A DNA stretch of 64,000 nucleotides. Source: a bacterium. Its GTDB lineage: Bacteria > JAAXHH01. Below the pieces are notes generated by a model. It was not told the origin of the DNA. It saw only the letters and a list, made by a program, of their open reading frames with translations, and did not search any database. The stretch is from the NCBI GenBank assembly GCA_965225915.1, contig OZ245326.1:2616701-2680700 (forward strand), given 5' to 3'. Below are positions 35,452 through 44,287 of this stretch, one piece after another (position 1 is the stretch's first letter; every line of letters starts with the position of its first letter). The position numbers and the translations under genes were made by a program.

Positions 35452-36612
35452 ATGGCTGGAATACTCGAAATGGACCGTCGGAATTTCCTGCGTAACACCG
35501 TCCTGGGTGGCGCGGGTGTTTCTCTGATCGGCACACCGGTATGGGAAGCGGCGGCCCAGATGGTTAACGAACCCCAGATGCAACCGGTAAACGGCGTGGG
35601 TCTCGATGATCCGCTGCTGGTGCAACTCAGCATCAACGAGAATCCCCTGGGCGCGTCCCGCAGGGCTATCGAGGCGGTGGCCCAAAAAATGTTCGGCATG
35701 AACCGGTATACCATGCATAACGAACTCGAAGAGGCCCTGGCCGCGCATCATGGCGTCGATCCGGAATACGTGGTCCTGGGCGTCGGATCTTCCGAAATCC
35801 TTCTGACGGCGACGCTGGCGGCTTTCTGGAATCAGCCGGGGAACACGGTTACGGCCTTTCCTTCCTATCGTTCCATACCGAGGACGACAGAAGAACTCGG
35901 ACAGGTCGTCAAGAAGGTGCCGTTGACCGGAGACTGGCAGATGGATCTGGCGGCCCTGGCCGCGGCGGTCGACGACCAGACGCGGATCGTCAGCATCTGC
36001 AATCCCAACAATCCCACGGGGCAGATCCTCGACTCGGGTGAACTGGAACGGACGATTCGGGCCATGCCCGGACACGTCATCGTCTGCGTGGACGAAGCCT
36101 ATATCCAGTTCGTGGACGACCCGGACTACCCGTCCATGGTCTCCCTGACAAAGGACGTCGAAAACCTGCTGATCTCCCGTACCTTCTCGAAGGCCTACGG
36201 CCTGGGCGGCATGCGGGTCGGTTACGGCGTCGCCCACCCTTCGCTCCTGGAACGCATGCAGCGGTTCAGTATCGGTATGCTCAACAAGAACACCCTCTCG
36301 ACCGTCGCGGCCATAGCGGCCCTAGGGGACCAGGAACACGTGCGGCGTTCGGCGGAACTCACGCGGGAAGGGAAAGCATTTCTCTACGAAGAACTGGAAG
36401 CCATGGGGTACAGCCCGATGCGCACGCAGACTATCTTTGTCACCGTCGAAGTCGGCCCCAACGTGCAGACCCTCATAGATCGCCTGTGGGAAAAGAAGGT
36501 CCACGTCCGCCAGGCCTTCGACATGGAAGGCTTCATGCGGATTTCCGTCGGCCTGCCTCAGGAGAACGAGGCCTTCATTTCCGCCTTCAAGCGCGAAAGA
36601 AGCGCTTTGTAG
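35452..36612 (+). CDS. class I/II (HisC-like) PLP aminotransferase with twin-arginine signal
   Basis: MDRRNFLRNTVLGGAGVSLIG is a TAT motif. SINENPLG and SRTFSKAYGLGGMRVGY (PLP lysine) are present. GGAGG lies 5 nt upstream of the ATG at 35452. Confidence 0.8.
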   Translation: MAGILEMDRRNFLRNTVLGGAGVSLIGTPVWEAAAQMVNEPQMQPVNGVGLDDPLLVQLSINENPLGASRRAIEAVAQKMFGMNRYTMHNELEEALAAHHGVDPEYVVLGVGSSEILLTATLAAFWNQPGNTVTAFPSYRSIPRTTEELGQVVKKVPLTGDWQMDLAALAAAVDDQTRIVSICNPNNPTGQILDSGELERTIRAMPGHVIVCVDEAYIQFVDDPDYPSMVSLTKDVENLLISRTFSKAYGLGGMRVGYGVAHPSLLERMQRFSIGMLNKNTLSTVAAIAALGDQEHVRRSAELTREGKAFLYEELEAMGYSPMRTQTIFVTVEVGPNVQTLIDRLWEKKVHVRQAFDMEGFMRISVGLPQENEAFISAFKRERSAL

Positions 36613-36661
36613 GCGGATAGCCAACCACCGGCAGCATGCTATAGAAGGGCAACCAAACCAG

Positions 36662-37426
36662 ATGAAGTATCCCAATCCGTTAAAGCAGCGCATCCGTGGC
36701 GGCGCCCTGCTGCTGGGCACGGTGCTGCCCGCGCCTACCTCGTTCACCGCCGCGGCCGTCTCCGGTGCCGATATCGATTTCATGTGGATCGATACCGAAC
36801 ATTCCTCCTTCGGCATAGAAGACCTCGACATGGTTCCGGTGATCGCCCGACAGCGGGGCGTCGCGCCCATGATACGCGTCGCCTCGAACGATCCCGCGCT
36901 GATCAAGAAGGCCTACGACATCGGGGCCGTGGCGGTCATGGTCCCCCAGGTCAATACGGTCGAAGAGGCGGAAAGGGCCGTCCGGTATGCCCGTTACGCT
37001 CCCGAGGGACAGCGGGGCATTTCTCCCTACTGGGCGATGCTGGCGGACCTGGATTTCAACGAGGTAATCCGAACGGCCAACGAAGAGACCGTGCTCGTGC
37101 TCCAGATCGAGAGCAAGGAAGCCTACGACAACCTCGACGATATCGCGCGGGTCGAAGGTATCGACGTGCTCTTCGTCGGTCCCACGGATCTTTCCGCCAC
37201 GCTGGGCGTGATAACGCAGAACGATTCCCCCGAGGTGCAATCCGTCCTCCGCGACGTGCCGAAGCGCCTGGAAGGCACCGGGATCATGGCGGGGACGACG
37301 CTGGACGACGTAAAGGATATACAGGAGAAAATCGAGTGGGGTTACCGCTACATCAACGTCGGTACGCCCATGGGCTACGGCTTGCGCGTCCTGCAGCAAA
37401 ACCTGAATACACTGCGGAGTGGATGA
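36662..37426 (+). CDS. HpcH/HpaI-family 2-keto-3-deoxy-acid aldolase
   Basis: FMWIDTEHSSF, VMVPQVNTVEEAERAV and PEGQRGISP are typical of HpcH/HpaI aldolases. Confidence 0.85.
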   Translation: MKYPNPLKQRIRGGALLLGTVLPAPTSFTAAAVSGADIDFMWIDTEHSSFGIEDLDMVPVIARQRGVAPMIRVASNDPALIKKAYDIGAVAVMVPQVNTVEEAERAVRYARYAPEGQRGISPYWAMLADLDFNEVIRTANEETVLVLQIESKEAYDNLDDIARVEGIDVLFVGPTDLSATLGVITQNDSPEVQSVLRDVPKRLEGTGIMAGTTLDDVKDIQEKIEWGYRYINVGTPMGYGLRVLQQNLNTLRSG

Positions 37427-37430
37427 CAGG

Positions 37431-38204
37431 ATGATCAGCGAAGACCAGGTCAGGCATTTCCACGACCGGGGATGGGTGGTGGTAGAGGCCGTCTACCGTC
37501 CCGAAGAATCCGACGAGGTGGCCCGGCTCGCCCTGGAAACCGGCGAAAACATCACCGAGCATGAAACCATGGCGGGGTACTCACTGGACGTCTCCGAATC
37601 GGGTGAATCCGCGCCGCGAAAGATCGACAATCCATACCGGCGGGATCCGTTGTTCCGCAACTTTGCCCTGGATGGACGGCTTCGAGATATTCTCCGACGG
37701 ATTACCGGTGAAGAACCTCTGCTCAAAAGCGACCAACTCTTCATGAAACCGCCGCGGTTCGGGTCGGAGAAACCCTACCACCAGGACAACTTCTACTTCC
37801 GCTGCGCGCCGGGTGACCAAGTGGTCACGGCGTGGATCGCCCTCGACGATGTGGACGAGGAGAACGGTTGCCTTCGGTACATTTCCGGGTCCCACAAGAA
37901 GGGGGTACTGGACCACGTGGAAGTGCCCGGACAACCCTACAACCTGGCGCCTCCCGACGACCTCATCGACTGGAAGCAGGAAGCCGCCGCGCCGGTGCGC
38001 AAGGGCGGCGTGGTCCTGCATCATTCCGAAACCCTGCATACGTCACGCCGGAATACCTCGAACCGCTGGCGGCGCGGATACGCGACGCACTGGGTTACCG
38101 CCGAAGTGACCACCGAGACAGACAACCTGGACTACGCCTACTTTCGAAGCGACGACTACGCGGCTCACGTACGGGCTGCGGACCAGAAGACTGTGACCGT
38201 ATGA
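37431..38204 (+). CDS. PhyH-family Fe(II)/2OG dioxygenase
   Basis: KPYHQDNFYF (HxD), ISGSHKKG and ETLHTSRRN. An alternative GTG start lies at 37419. Confidence 0.8.
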   Translation: MISEDQVRHFHDRGWVVVEAVYRPEESDEVARLALETGENITEHETMAGYSLDVSESGESAPRKIDNPYRRDPLFRNFALDGRLRDILRRITGEEPLLKSDQLFMKPPRFGSEKPYHQDNFYFRCAPGDQVVTAWIALDDVDEENGCLRYISGSHKKGVLDHVEVPGQPYNLAPPDDLIDWKQEAAAPVRKGGVVLHHSETLHTSRRNTSNRWRRGYATHWVTAEVTTETDNLDYAYFRSDDYAAHVRAADQKTVTV

Positions 38205-38884
38205 CCATTATGGCCGCCGACACACAAATCACCGAACTCATGTGGTCGCGGACGGCGTCCATTTACGACGCGATCCTGGCCCATCCCTTCATTACGGGAC
38301 TGACCTCGGGCGACCTGGACCGCGCGGCCTTCGAATTCTATACCGTCCAGGACGCGCTTTACCTCAAGGAATATGCCCGGGCGCTGAGCCTCGCCGCGGT
38401 CAAGGCGCCGGATGAAGAGACCATCATCCTCTTCAACGAACACGCCAAGGGATGTCTCGTGGAAGAACGGGCCATGCAGGAGAACTTCTTCGACGTCTTC
38501 GGGCTGTCGGCGGAACAGGTGTGGGCGACTCCCAAGGCGCCGGTCTGCCAGGCCTATACGAGTTACCTGCTTTCGGTGGCCTACGCCCGGCCCTTTCACG
38601 AAGTCGTGGCCGTCGTGCTACCCTGCTACTGGATCTACTGGGAAGTGGGCAAGGCGCTGGCGGAACGGGGATCTCCGGATCCAATGTATCAACAATGGAT
38701 AGACACCTACGCCGGCGATCAGTTCGCCGAGTGCGTCGTGGCCGTCCTCGAGATTACGAACCGAATCGCCCGGGACCTCCCCCCTGAAGACCGGGAAGCC
38801 ATGCTGCAACACTACGTCACAACCAGCCGGTACGAATGGATGTTCTGGGATATGGGGTTCCGCAATGAGGCGTGGCCTGTGTGA
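38201..38884 (+). CDS. tenA: TenA-family protein (thiaminase II / aminopyrimidine aminohydrolase-like)
   Basis: HPFITGLTSGDL, FYTVQDALYL and the VVLPCYWIYWEVG active-site Cys context. Its ATG overlaps the preceding TGA (ATGA). Confidence 0.75.
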   Translation: MTIMAADTQITELMWSRTASIYDAILAHPFITGLTSGDLDRAAFEFYTVQDALYLKEYARALSLAAVKAPDEETIILFNEHAKGCLVEERAMQENFFDVFGLSAEQVWATPKAPVCQAYTSYLLSVAYARPFHEVVAVVLPCYWIYWEVGKALAERGSPDPMYQQWIDTYAGDQFAECVVAVLEITNRIARDLPPEDREAMLQHYVTTSRYEWMFWDMGFRNEAWPV

Positions 38885-38904
38885 GGGCTCCAGGTAGCAG
38901 ACCT

Positions 38905-39699
38905 TCATGCGGCAGAGTTCTCGGCGACCAGTTTTTGCAGGATGTTCGCCATTAACTTACCCGGCGTCTTCTCCGCGTATCCCGCCCGTTCGAATCGTCG
39001 ATGGCCCTTTCGCCGCACCAGGATCTCGCTCCAGAAGAAAAATCCCTCTTTCAGCCTGACTTCCTCCAGCTCGCCGATGTCGTATGACGCCGAGACGTTG
39101 TTGTTGACCAGGCGGTTCGACCGGGTGATGGCCATACCTTCTTCGCCGGAACCGTCGATATCGTAGAAAACCAGCAGGTCGTTCACCGTCGAGGCCACGC
39201 CTTCGAAGAGGGCATTGCGCTGCAGCGATACGATGAAGTTCGCGGCGCGGTCTGCGTCGATATCGGGGTAGATGTACAAGCCTGCACCGCCATCGGTCCT
39301 CGTTCCACGTGTGGCCCTACGTATACGCTCGGCGGCCGGGTCGGCGGAGGCGCCCGATCCCGACTGTTTGGAGGCGCCGGTCCTTGCCTGGCCAGGGCGG
39401 GCCCTACTCGCACGGCCCTCTGACGATCCCTGCGCCGAGCGATAGCGGGGTGGCGACTGCCGGGTGGAAGATGAACCGAAGGTGGAGGACCCCTTCAGTC
39501 GTTCCGGGTTCCGAACGAGCCACTGGTACGCCTCGTTGATCTCCGTGAACTTGGTCGTCGCCCGGTCTTTCACCTGGGTGGGGACCTTGTCCGGATGCCA
39601 GATCAGCGCCAGTTCCCGGTACGATTTCTTCACATCTTCGACGGACGCGCCCGGTGCGAGGTCGAGCGTCGAAAGCGCCTTTATCGTTTTGTCTTCCAT
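38905..39699 (-). CDS. J-domain protein with disordered linker and uncharacterised C-terminal domain
   Basis: VEDVKKSYRELALIWHPDK carries the HPD motif. A Ser/Arg/Gly-rich linker and a ~110-aa globular C-terminus follow. An alternative start lies at 39786/39789. Confidence 0.7.
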   Translation of the reverse strand: MEDKTIKALSTLDLAPGASVEDVKKSYRELALIWHPDKVPTQVKDRATTKFTEINEAYQWLVRNPERLKGSSTFGSSSTRQSPPRYRSAQGSSEGRASRARPGQARTGASKQSGSGASADPAAERIRRATRGTRTDGGAGLYIYPDIDADRAANFIVSLQRNALFEGVASTVNDLLVFYDIDGSGEEGMAITRSNRLVNNNVSASYDIGELEEVRLKEGFFFWSEILVRRKGHRRFERAGYAEKTPGKLMANILQKLVAENSAA

Positions 39700-39817
39700 G
39701 TAGGAGTATTTAACCGATGCAAAGGGTTGTCTCAAGCGTTTTGTGCCGCTATATTTACCGTCGCGATCATCTGACAGGCCATCCATCACAGACCGTACCT
39801 TCGACCGGGGTCACTAA

Positions 39818-40651
39818 ATGCCCATTACCGACGCTTTGCCGGAGATGAAAAGGGAACTGCGGTTTTTTCCGGTGCAGAACGACAGTCCAAAAACGATGAC
39901 GCCCGAACAGATCACCTTTTTCAACGAAAACGGGTATCTGTGCCCCCTGGACGTTTTCACGCCGCAGGAGGCGGAGACGAACCGCCTGTACTTTGAAGAC
40001 ATGATGGCCCGGGCCGAGAAAGAGGGATACAACAGCTACTCGATCAATGGCTGGCAGAGACATTGCCGGGGCATTTACGACCTGGCCAAAACGCCCAGGA
40101 TCCTGGACTACGCGGAAGACCTGGTAGGCGAGACGCTGATCTGCGAAATGACCCATTACTTCTGCAAGATGCCCGGGGACGTTAAAAAGGTAAGCTGGCA
40201 CCAGGATGCTTCGTACTGGCCGCTCACCCCGAGCAAGGTGGTGACGATCTGGCTGGCCATCGACGACGTGGACGAGGAGAACGGTCCCATGACGGTGATC
40301 CCGGGCTCTCACCGGCACGGTCAGATCCCGTTCGAAAACAGCACGAAGGCGGAGCGAAACGTGCTGGGGCAGACCGTCCTTGATCCGGACAGGTGGGGCG
40401 GGGACCCCGTACCCTTTGTCATGAAGGCCGGCCAGATTTCCATGCACACCGACCTTCTGCTGCACGGATCCGAACCTAACGTATCCGACCGTCGACGCTG
40501 CGGTTTGACGATACGATATTTACCGCCCGACGTTCGCGACCGCGAACCGGAATACCACCAGGCCCTCGTCTGTCGGGGCAGCGATCCCTCGGGTTACTGG
40601 AGACCCCTGCCCCGGCCCGAAGGAGATCGGATTCCGCCGCGTAATCGGTAG
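39818..40651 (+). CDS. PhyH-family Fe(II)/2OG dioxygenase
   Basis: VSWHQDASYWP (HxD), VIPGSHRHG and DLLLHGSEPN. Confidence 0.85.
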   Translation: MPITDALPEMKRELRFFPVQNDSPKTMTPEQITFFNENGYLCPLDVFTPQEAETNRLYFEDMMARAEKEGYNSYSINGWQRHCRGIYDLAKTPRILDYAEDLVGETLICEMTHYFCKMPGDVKKVSWHQDASYWPLTPSKVVTIWLAIDDVDEENGPMTVIPGSHRHGQIPFENSTKAERNVLGQTVLDPDRWGGDPVPFVMKAGQISMHTDLLLHGSEPNVSDRRRCGLTIRYLPPDVRDREPEYHQALVCRGSDPSGYWRPLPRPEGDRIPPRNR

Positions 40652-40712
40652 GTATATACAATGTATCTTCGCCATCGGCGATTCTGGACAAACGCTGGAT
40701 GTGGTTCAGAAA

Positions 40713-41603
40713 CTATGTGGCGAGCGGTCGGCAGTGCTTGCACGGACGGCAGCCGTTTGCCGCCGCCTCATCGGCACTGGTGAATTCCATGCGATGCCGA
40801 TCCTGGATGCGGCGGGCGTCGCGGCAGGTCGGATAACAGTAAATACCAGTCGTCCGGCTGCCGACGAAGCGTACACCCCGTTGTTTCCAGTTTGCCAGAT
40901 CCTTTCTTTCAATCCCCTCCCGTTCCAACAGCGTCCATTTCATCTCCGGGCCGTAATAGTAGTTTCCCACGCCGCCAACCGAGGGAACCAGCCGGTGGCA
41001 GGGCATCAGAAAGGGCACGGGATTCCGCGCCATGACCGTGCCAACGGCCCGGATCGCCTTCGGCCTGCCCACCTCCCGGGCCAGCCAGGCGTAGGGGCGA
41101 ACCTCGCCGAGTGGTATTTTCGCCAAGTGCTCCAGGACGGTCTGTTCGAATCCGGTCAAACCCTCAAGGGTGATCGGTGGCGGGATGTTCTTCTCACCCT
41201 TGATCGCTTTCCTGACCGCATGTGCGTACTTTCCGGGCAAGCTGCCTCGTGCCACCTTCCTCCCCAGTCTGTCTTCATAGTAGGATTCGAAGACGCCATC
41301 CTCCTCAACATCGAGCTTTACCGCAGATATGCCCCTTGGCGTGAATCCCACGTGCGCAGGTCCGAACTCCGTTTCGATGACATCGTATCGGTCAATGATC
41401 ATCCCTGTTACTCCTTCCATTATACCGTTTGGGGCGGTCAGTTTAAGTGGCTTTATACCATCTGCCATGTGCGCGAGGGATGCGGCCTCATCGCGGCATG
41501 CAGGACAGGATTCAAGGTGTTCCGCCACGGCCCGTCGCACTTCGGCGTCAACCTCTCCCGTCCTCACTGCATCCAGGTACTGCCTTGCTTCGTTACAGTC
41601 CAT
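40713..41603 (-). CDS. anti-sigma (zf-HC2) / O6-alkylguanine-DNA alkyltransferase / Ada-type zinc-finger fusion protein
   Basis: EHLESCPAC is the Hx3Cx2C anti-sigma zinc motif. The MGMT domain reads TGFEQTVLEHLAKIPLGEVRPYAWLA...RAVGTVMARNPVPFLMPCHRLV. The C-terminus FVGSRTTGIYCYPTCRDA...GCRPCKHCRP parallels E. coli Ada FAVRTTGIFCRPSCRAR...GFRPCKRCQP. No transmembrane segment. Confidence 0.8.
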   Translation of the reverse strand: MDCNEARQYLDAVRTGEVDAEVRRAVAEHLESCPACRDEAASLAHMADGIKPLKLTAPNGIMEGVTGMIIDRYDVIETEFGPAHVGFTPRGISAVKLDVEEDGVFESYYEDRLGRKVARGSLPGKYAHAVRKAIKGEKNIPPPITLEGLTGFEQTVLEHLAKIPLGEVRPYAWLAREVGRPKAIRAVGTVMARNPVPFLMPCHRLVPSVGGVGNYYYGPEMKWTLLEREGIERKDLANWKQRGVRFVGSRTTGIYCYPTCRDARRIQDRHRMEFTSADEAAANGCRPCKHCRPLAT

Positions 41604-42219
41604 GGGGTGTATCCTCCATGATCTTGCGCAGTTTTCTTAAGGCTCGGAATACTTTACCGCGCAGGGCCGATTCCGACGATCCGGTTATCGACGCGATTTC
41701 GGCATAGCTGGACTGCTCGATGAATCGCAGGATGATTAGTTCCCTGCTTTCTCCACCCAGGCCGGCCAGGGCAAGCCGCAGTGCCCGTGTCTGGTCATCG
41801 GAAGGCTCGCGAGCCGAGTTGCTGACTGTCAACTCGACCGCCATTCGATCCTGCGCAGCCGCCCTCCGTTTTCGCGCCCGCAACCTGTTGAACGCCAGGT
41901 TCCGGACGATGCGAAACAGCCAGGGACGAATCTCGAGGGTCCGGCACCGCTCCTCGTCGTACTTGCCGGTGAGCGTGGTATAGGCCCGGACGAAGGCGTC
42001 CTGCGTGATGTCATTGGCGTCATCCGTCCCGCCGAGCATGTGATATGCGTAATTAAACAGGATGTCCTCGTAGGTTGCCACCAGGTCCGCCACCGCGTCG
42101 CGGTTTCCACGGTGGATTTCGAGGGCGATGTTTCGCCCCTCTTCTTCGAGGGCGATGTTTCGCCCCTCTTCATTGGTCATGCGTACGTCCTTTACCCATC
42201 GACTCGATGTCGGTTTCAA
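41593..42219 (-). CDS. ECF-type RNA polymerase sigma factor
   Basis: Region 2 (DITQDAFVRAY...RPWLFRIVRNLAFNRLR) and region 4 (ILRFIEQSSYAEIASITGSSESALRGKVFRALRKL). It overlaps the anti-sigma gene by 11 bp. An alternative start lies at 42180. Confidence 0.85.
   Translation of the reverse strand: MKPTSSRWVKDVRMTNEEGRNIALEEEGRNIALEIHRGNRDAVADLVATYEDILFNYAYHMLGGTDDANDITQDAFVRAYTTLTGKYDEERCRTLEIRPWLFRIVRNLAFNRLRARKRRAAAQDRMAVELTVSNSAREPSDDQTRALRLALAGLGGESRELIILRFIEQSSYAEIASITGSSESALRGKVFRALRKLRKIMEDTPHGL
42118..42171. repeat. perfect in-frame tandem duplication, 27 bp x 2, in the 5' end of the ECF sigma gene
   Basis: ttcgagggcgatgtttcgcccctcttc at 42118-42144 and again at 42145-42171. It encodes EEGRNIALE twice. 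Confidence 0.95.
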
Positions 42220-42387
42220 TAGTACAACACCGCAACGCGGAGTTTAGTTCGGGGATGAGTAAAAAGGATCGGAAAGGTGGTTTGATCAAGCGGGAGACTA
42301 AGTTTGCACTGTCACTTTTCAAGTTTAACCGGAAAGGCGTACTTTACTGATCACGCGCGAGTCCATCGTTATATCCAGCCAGCCCCT

Positions 42388-44133
42388 CTAATCGCTCCCA
42401 CCGAATACCCTCTCCCAGAATCCCGTAGGCCCGGTGTCTTGCTCCCCGTCTTCGGCGATATAGATCGTAAAGGCCGTGTTCCCGATCTGTTCACCCCGCC
42501 ACGCCCTGAAGCCCCGCAGGTTCGGTTCGAGGGCCTCTCCCCGGATGTCCGATTTCCATATCTGGTTCATCGTCGGGTACCACACGAAGAGGCCGCCCAC
42601 TTCCTCCACCAGGATCCGTTCGGCCCGTCGGTAGACGTCCATGCGCGCCTGGTTGTCGCCGACGATGCCGCCGGCCTGTACCACCAACTGGTTGAACCGG
42701 TCATTCTTCCAGGCGTGGCGGCCCGAGGAAAGCCAGAGGTTCATGAGGCTGCTGGGATCGATGAAGTCGGCGCCGAAACGGACGAGTCCCAGGGGAAGCT
42801 GATGGCTGTTGATCGCGTCCATGAAGACCTTGACCTCGATATTGCGCACGGAAAGGTCGATCCCGAGGTTCTGCTTGATCATGGCATGGATCGCCTCGCC
42901 CGCTTCGTGCACCGGCTGTACGTCGCGACGGATCCACATCTCCACCCGGGGGAACCCCTTGCCGTTCGGATATCCCGCTTCGGCCAGCAGCTTACGTCCC
43001 AGTTCGGGATCGTAACGCTGGACGGGCCTTAACACTTCGGTCGCTTCCGCCGGGAACCCGGGCGGAAGCATCGAGTTGGCGGGGATCGCAAAACCCTGCA
43101 GGGCGGAACCGCACACGGCCTGGCGGTCGATGGCGTGGCTGAAGGCCTGGCGGACTTTAAGGTTGTCGAAGGGCGGGTTGTACGTGTCCATCGTGAGATA
43201 GTAGGTCGCGAAGTCGGTGTAGGAATGCAATTCCCGGCTCAACTTCGGATCGGTCTTGATCCGGGCGAGTTCGGCGTGGTTGGTAACGAGGGCGAAGTCC
43301 ACCTCGTCCGCCTCGTAGGAGGCGAGCAGGGGCGGCGGCGTCGACGCGTTGTGCAGCTTGGCGATGATCGTTTCCAGGTAAGGCCGCGCGGCGCCGTGGT
43401 ACCTTGGATTGGCCTTGAGCACGACCCGGTCGGCCTTGGTCCACTCCTTCAGGTAGAACGGCCCGCTGGCGATGGAGGTTTCCGGGCTGGTGGACCAGGC
43501 GTCGCCGTGCTTCTCCACCGCCTGTTGGGGAGACACCCAGCTGTCGACCATGAGGTCCGGCATGTAGGCACAGGGTTCGTCCGTCTCGACCAGTAGGGTG
43601 TAGTCGTCGACCGCATGCACGCCCAGCGAGTCGAGGGGTAGTCTGCCTCCCACGACCTCGCTCCAGTTCTTGATCGGCCGGTAGTACCACTCCACGTCGT
43701 AGGCATTGTCCGGATCGGCCCCGCGTCGCAGTGTGAACACGAAATCGTGGGCGGTCAGCGGCTTGCCGTCGGAGAACTCCAGGTCGTCGCGAAGGTAGAA
43801 GTACCATCCAAGCCCGTCGTCGGTGGGCTCCCAGGAGTTCGCGGCGGCCGGGATCAGGTTGAAGTCCTTGTCGAACCGGATCAGCGGTTCCGCGATGATC
43901 CGGTGACCGTAGGTGCCCTTGTAGATCGTTCGGAACCACTCCATGTAGGTGTTGTCCAGTTGGAACAGGCGGACGTACTGTTCCGAAGGCGGCGCCGCGT
44001 CGGGGGGCAGGGTGACGCCCGCTGAGTTGACGTAGGGCGTGGACGGACCGTCGCTGGCCAGGACATGCAGGATCCCGGCAGCGGCCGCGCCAAGTATTGC
44101 GAGGAGTGATAACACGCGAACCGGCGTCAACAT
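42388..44133 (-). CDS. ABC transporter substrate-binding protein, family 5 (peptide/nickel/opine type)
   Basis: An N-terminal signal/anchor, then SWEPTDDGLGWYFYLRDDLEFSDGKPLTAHDFVFT, typical of SBP_bac_5. No permease or ATPase genes are adjacent. Confidence 0.85.
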   Translation of the reverse strand: MLTPVRVLSLLAILGAAAAGILHVLASDGPSTPYVNSAGVTLPPDAAPPSEQYVRLFQLDNTYMEWFRTIYKGTYGHRIIAEPLIRFDKDFNLIPAAANSWEPTDDGLGWYFYLRDDLEFSDGKPLTAHDFVFTLRRGADPDNAYDVEWYYRPIKNWSEVVGGRLPLDSLGVHAVDDYTLLVETDEPCAYMPDLMVDSWVSPQQAVEKHGDAWSTSPETSIASGPFYLKEWTKADRVVLKANPRYHGAARPYLETIIAKLHNASTPPPLLASYEADEVDFALVTNHAELARIKTDPKLSRELHSYTDFATYYLTMDTYNPPFDNLKVRQAFSHAIDRQAVCGSALQGFAIPANSMLPPGFPAEATEVLRPVQRYDPELGRKLLAEAGYPNGKGFPRVEMWIRRDVQPVHEAGEAIHAMIKQNLGIDLSVRNIEVKVFMDAINSHQLPLGLVRFGADFIDPSSLMNLWLSSGRHAWKNDRFNQLVVQAGGIVGDNQARMDVYRRAERILVEEVGGLFVWYPTMNQIWKSDIRGEALEPNLRGFRAWRGEQIGNTAFTIYIAEDGEQDTGPTGFWERVFGGSD

Positions 44134-44287
44134 GGAGGGACCATCCGTTCGTCACGGGTGGGAAAGGTTATGATGAACGTTACCCCGATCGGGTCTTACG
44201 TCAAGGGGAAGGACGGGTTTCGGCTTGACCGGTTGAGGATGACCCTTATTTTGCACGTGGTCGCCACTCACCCGGGATGAAATCACC

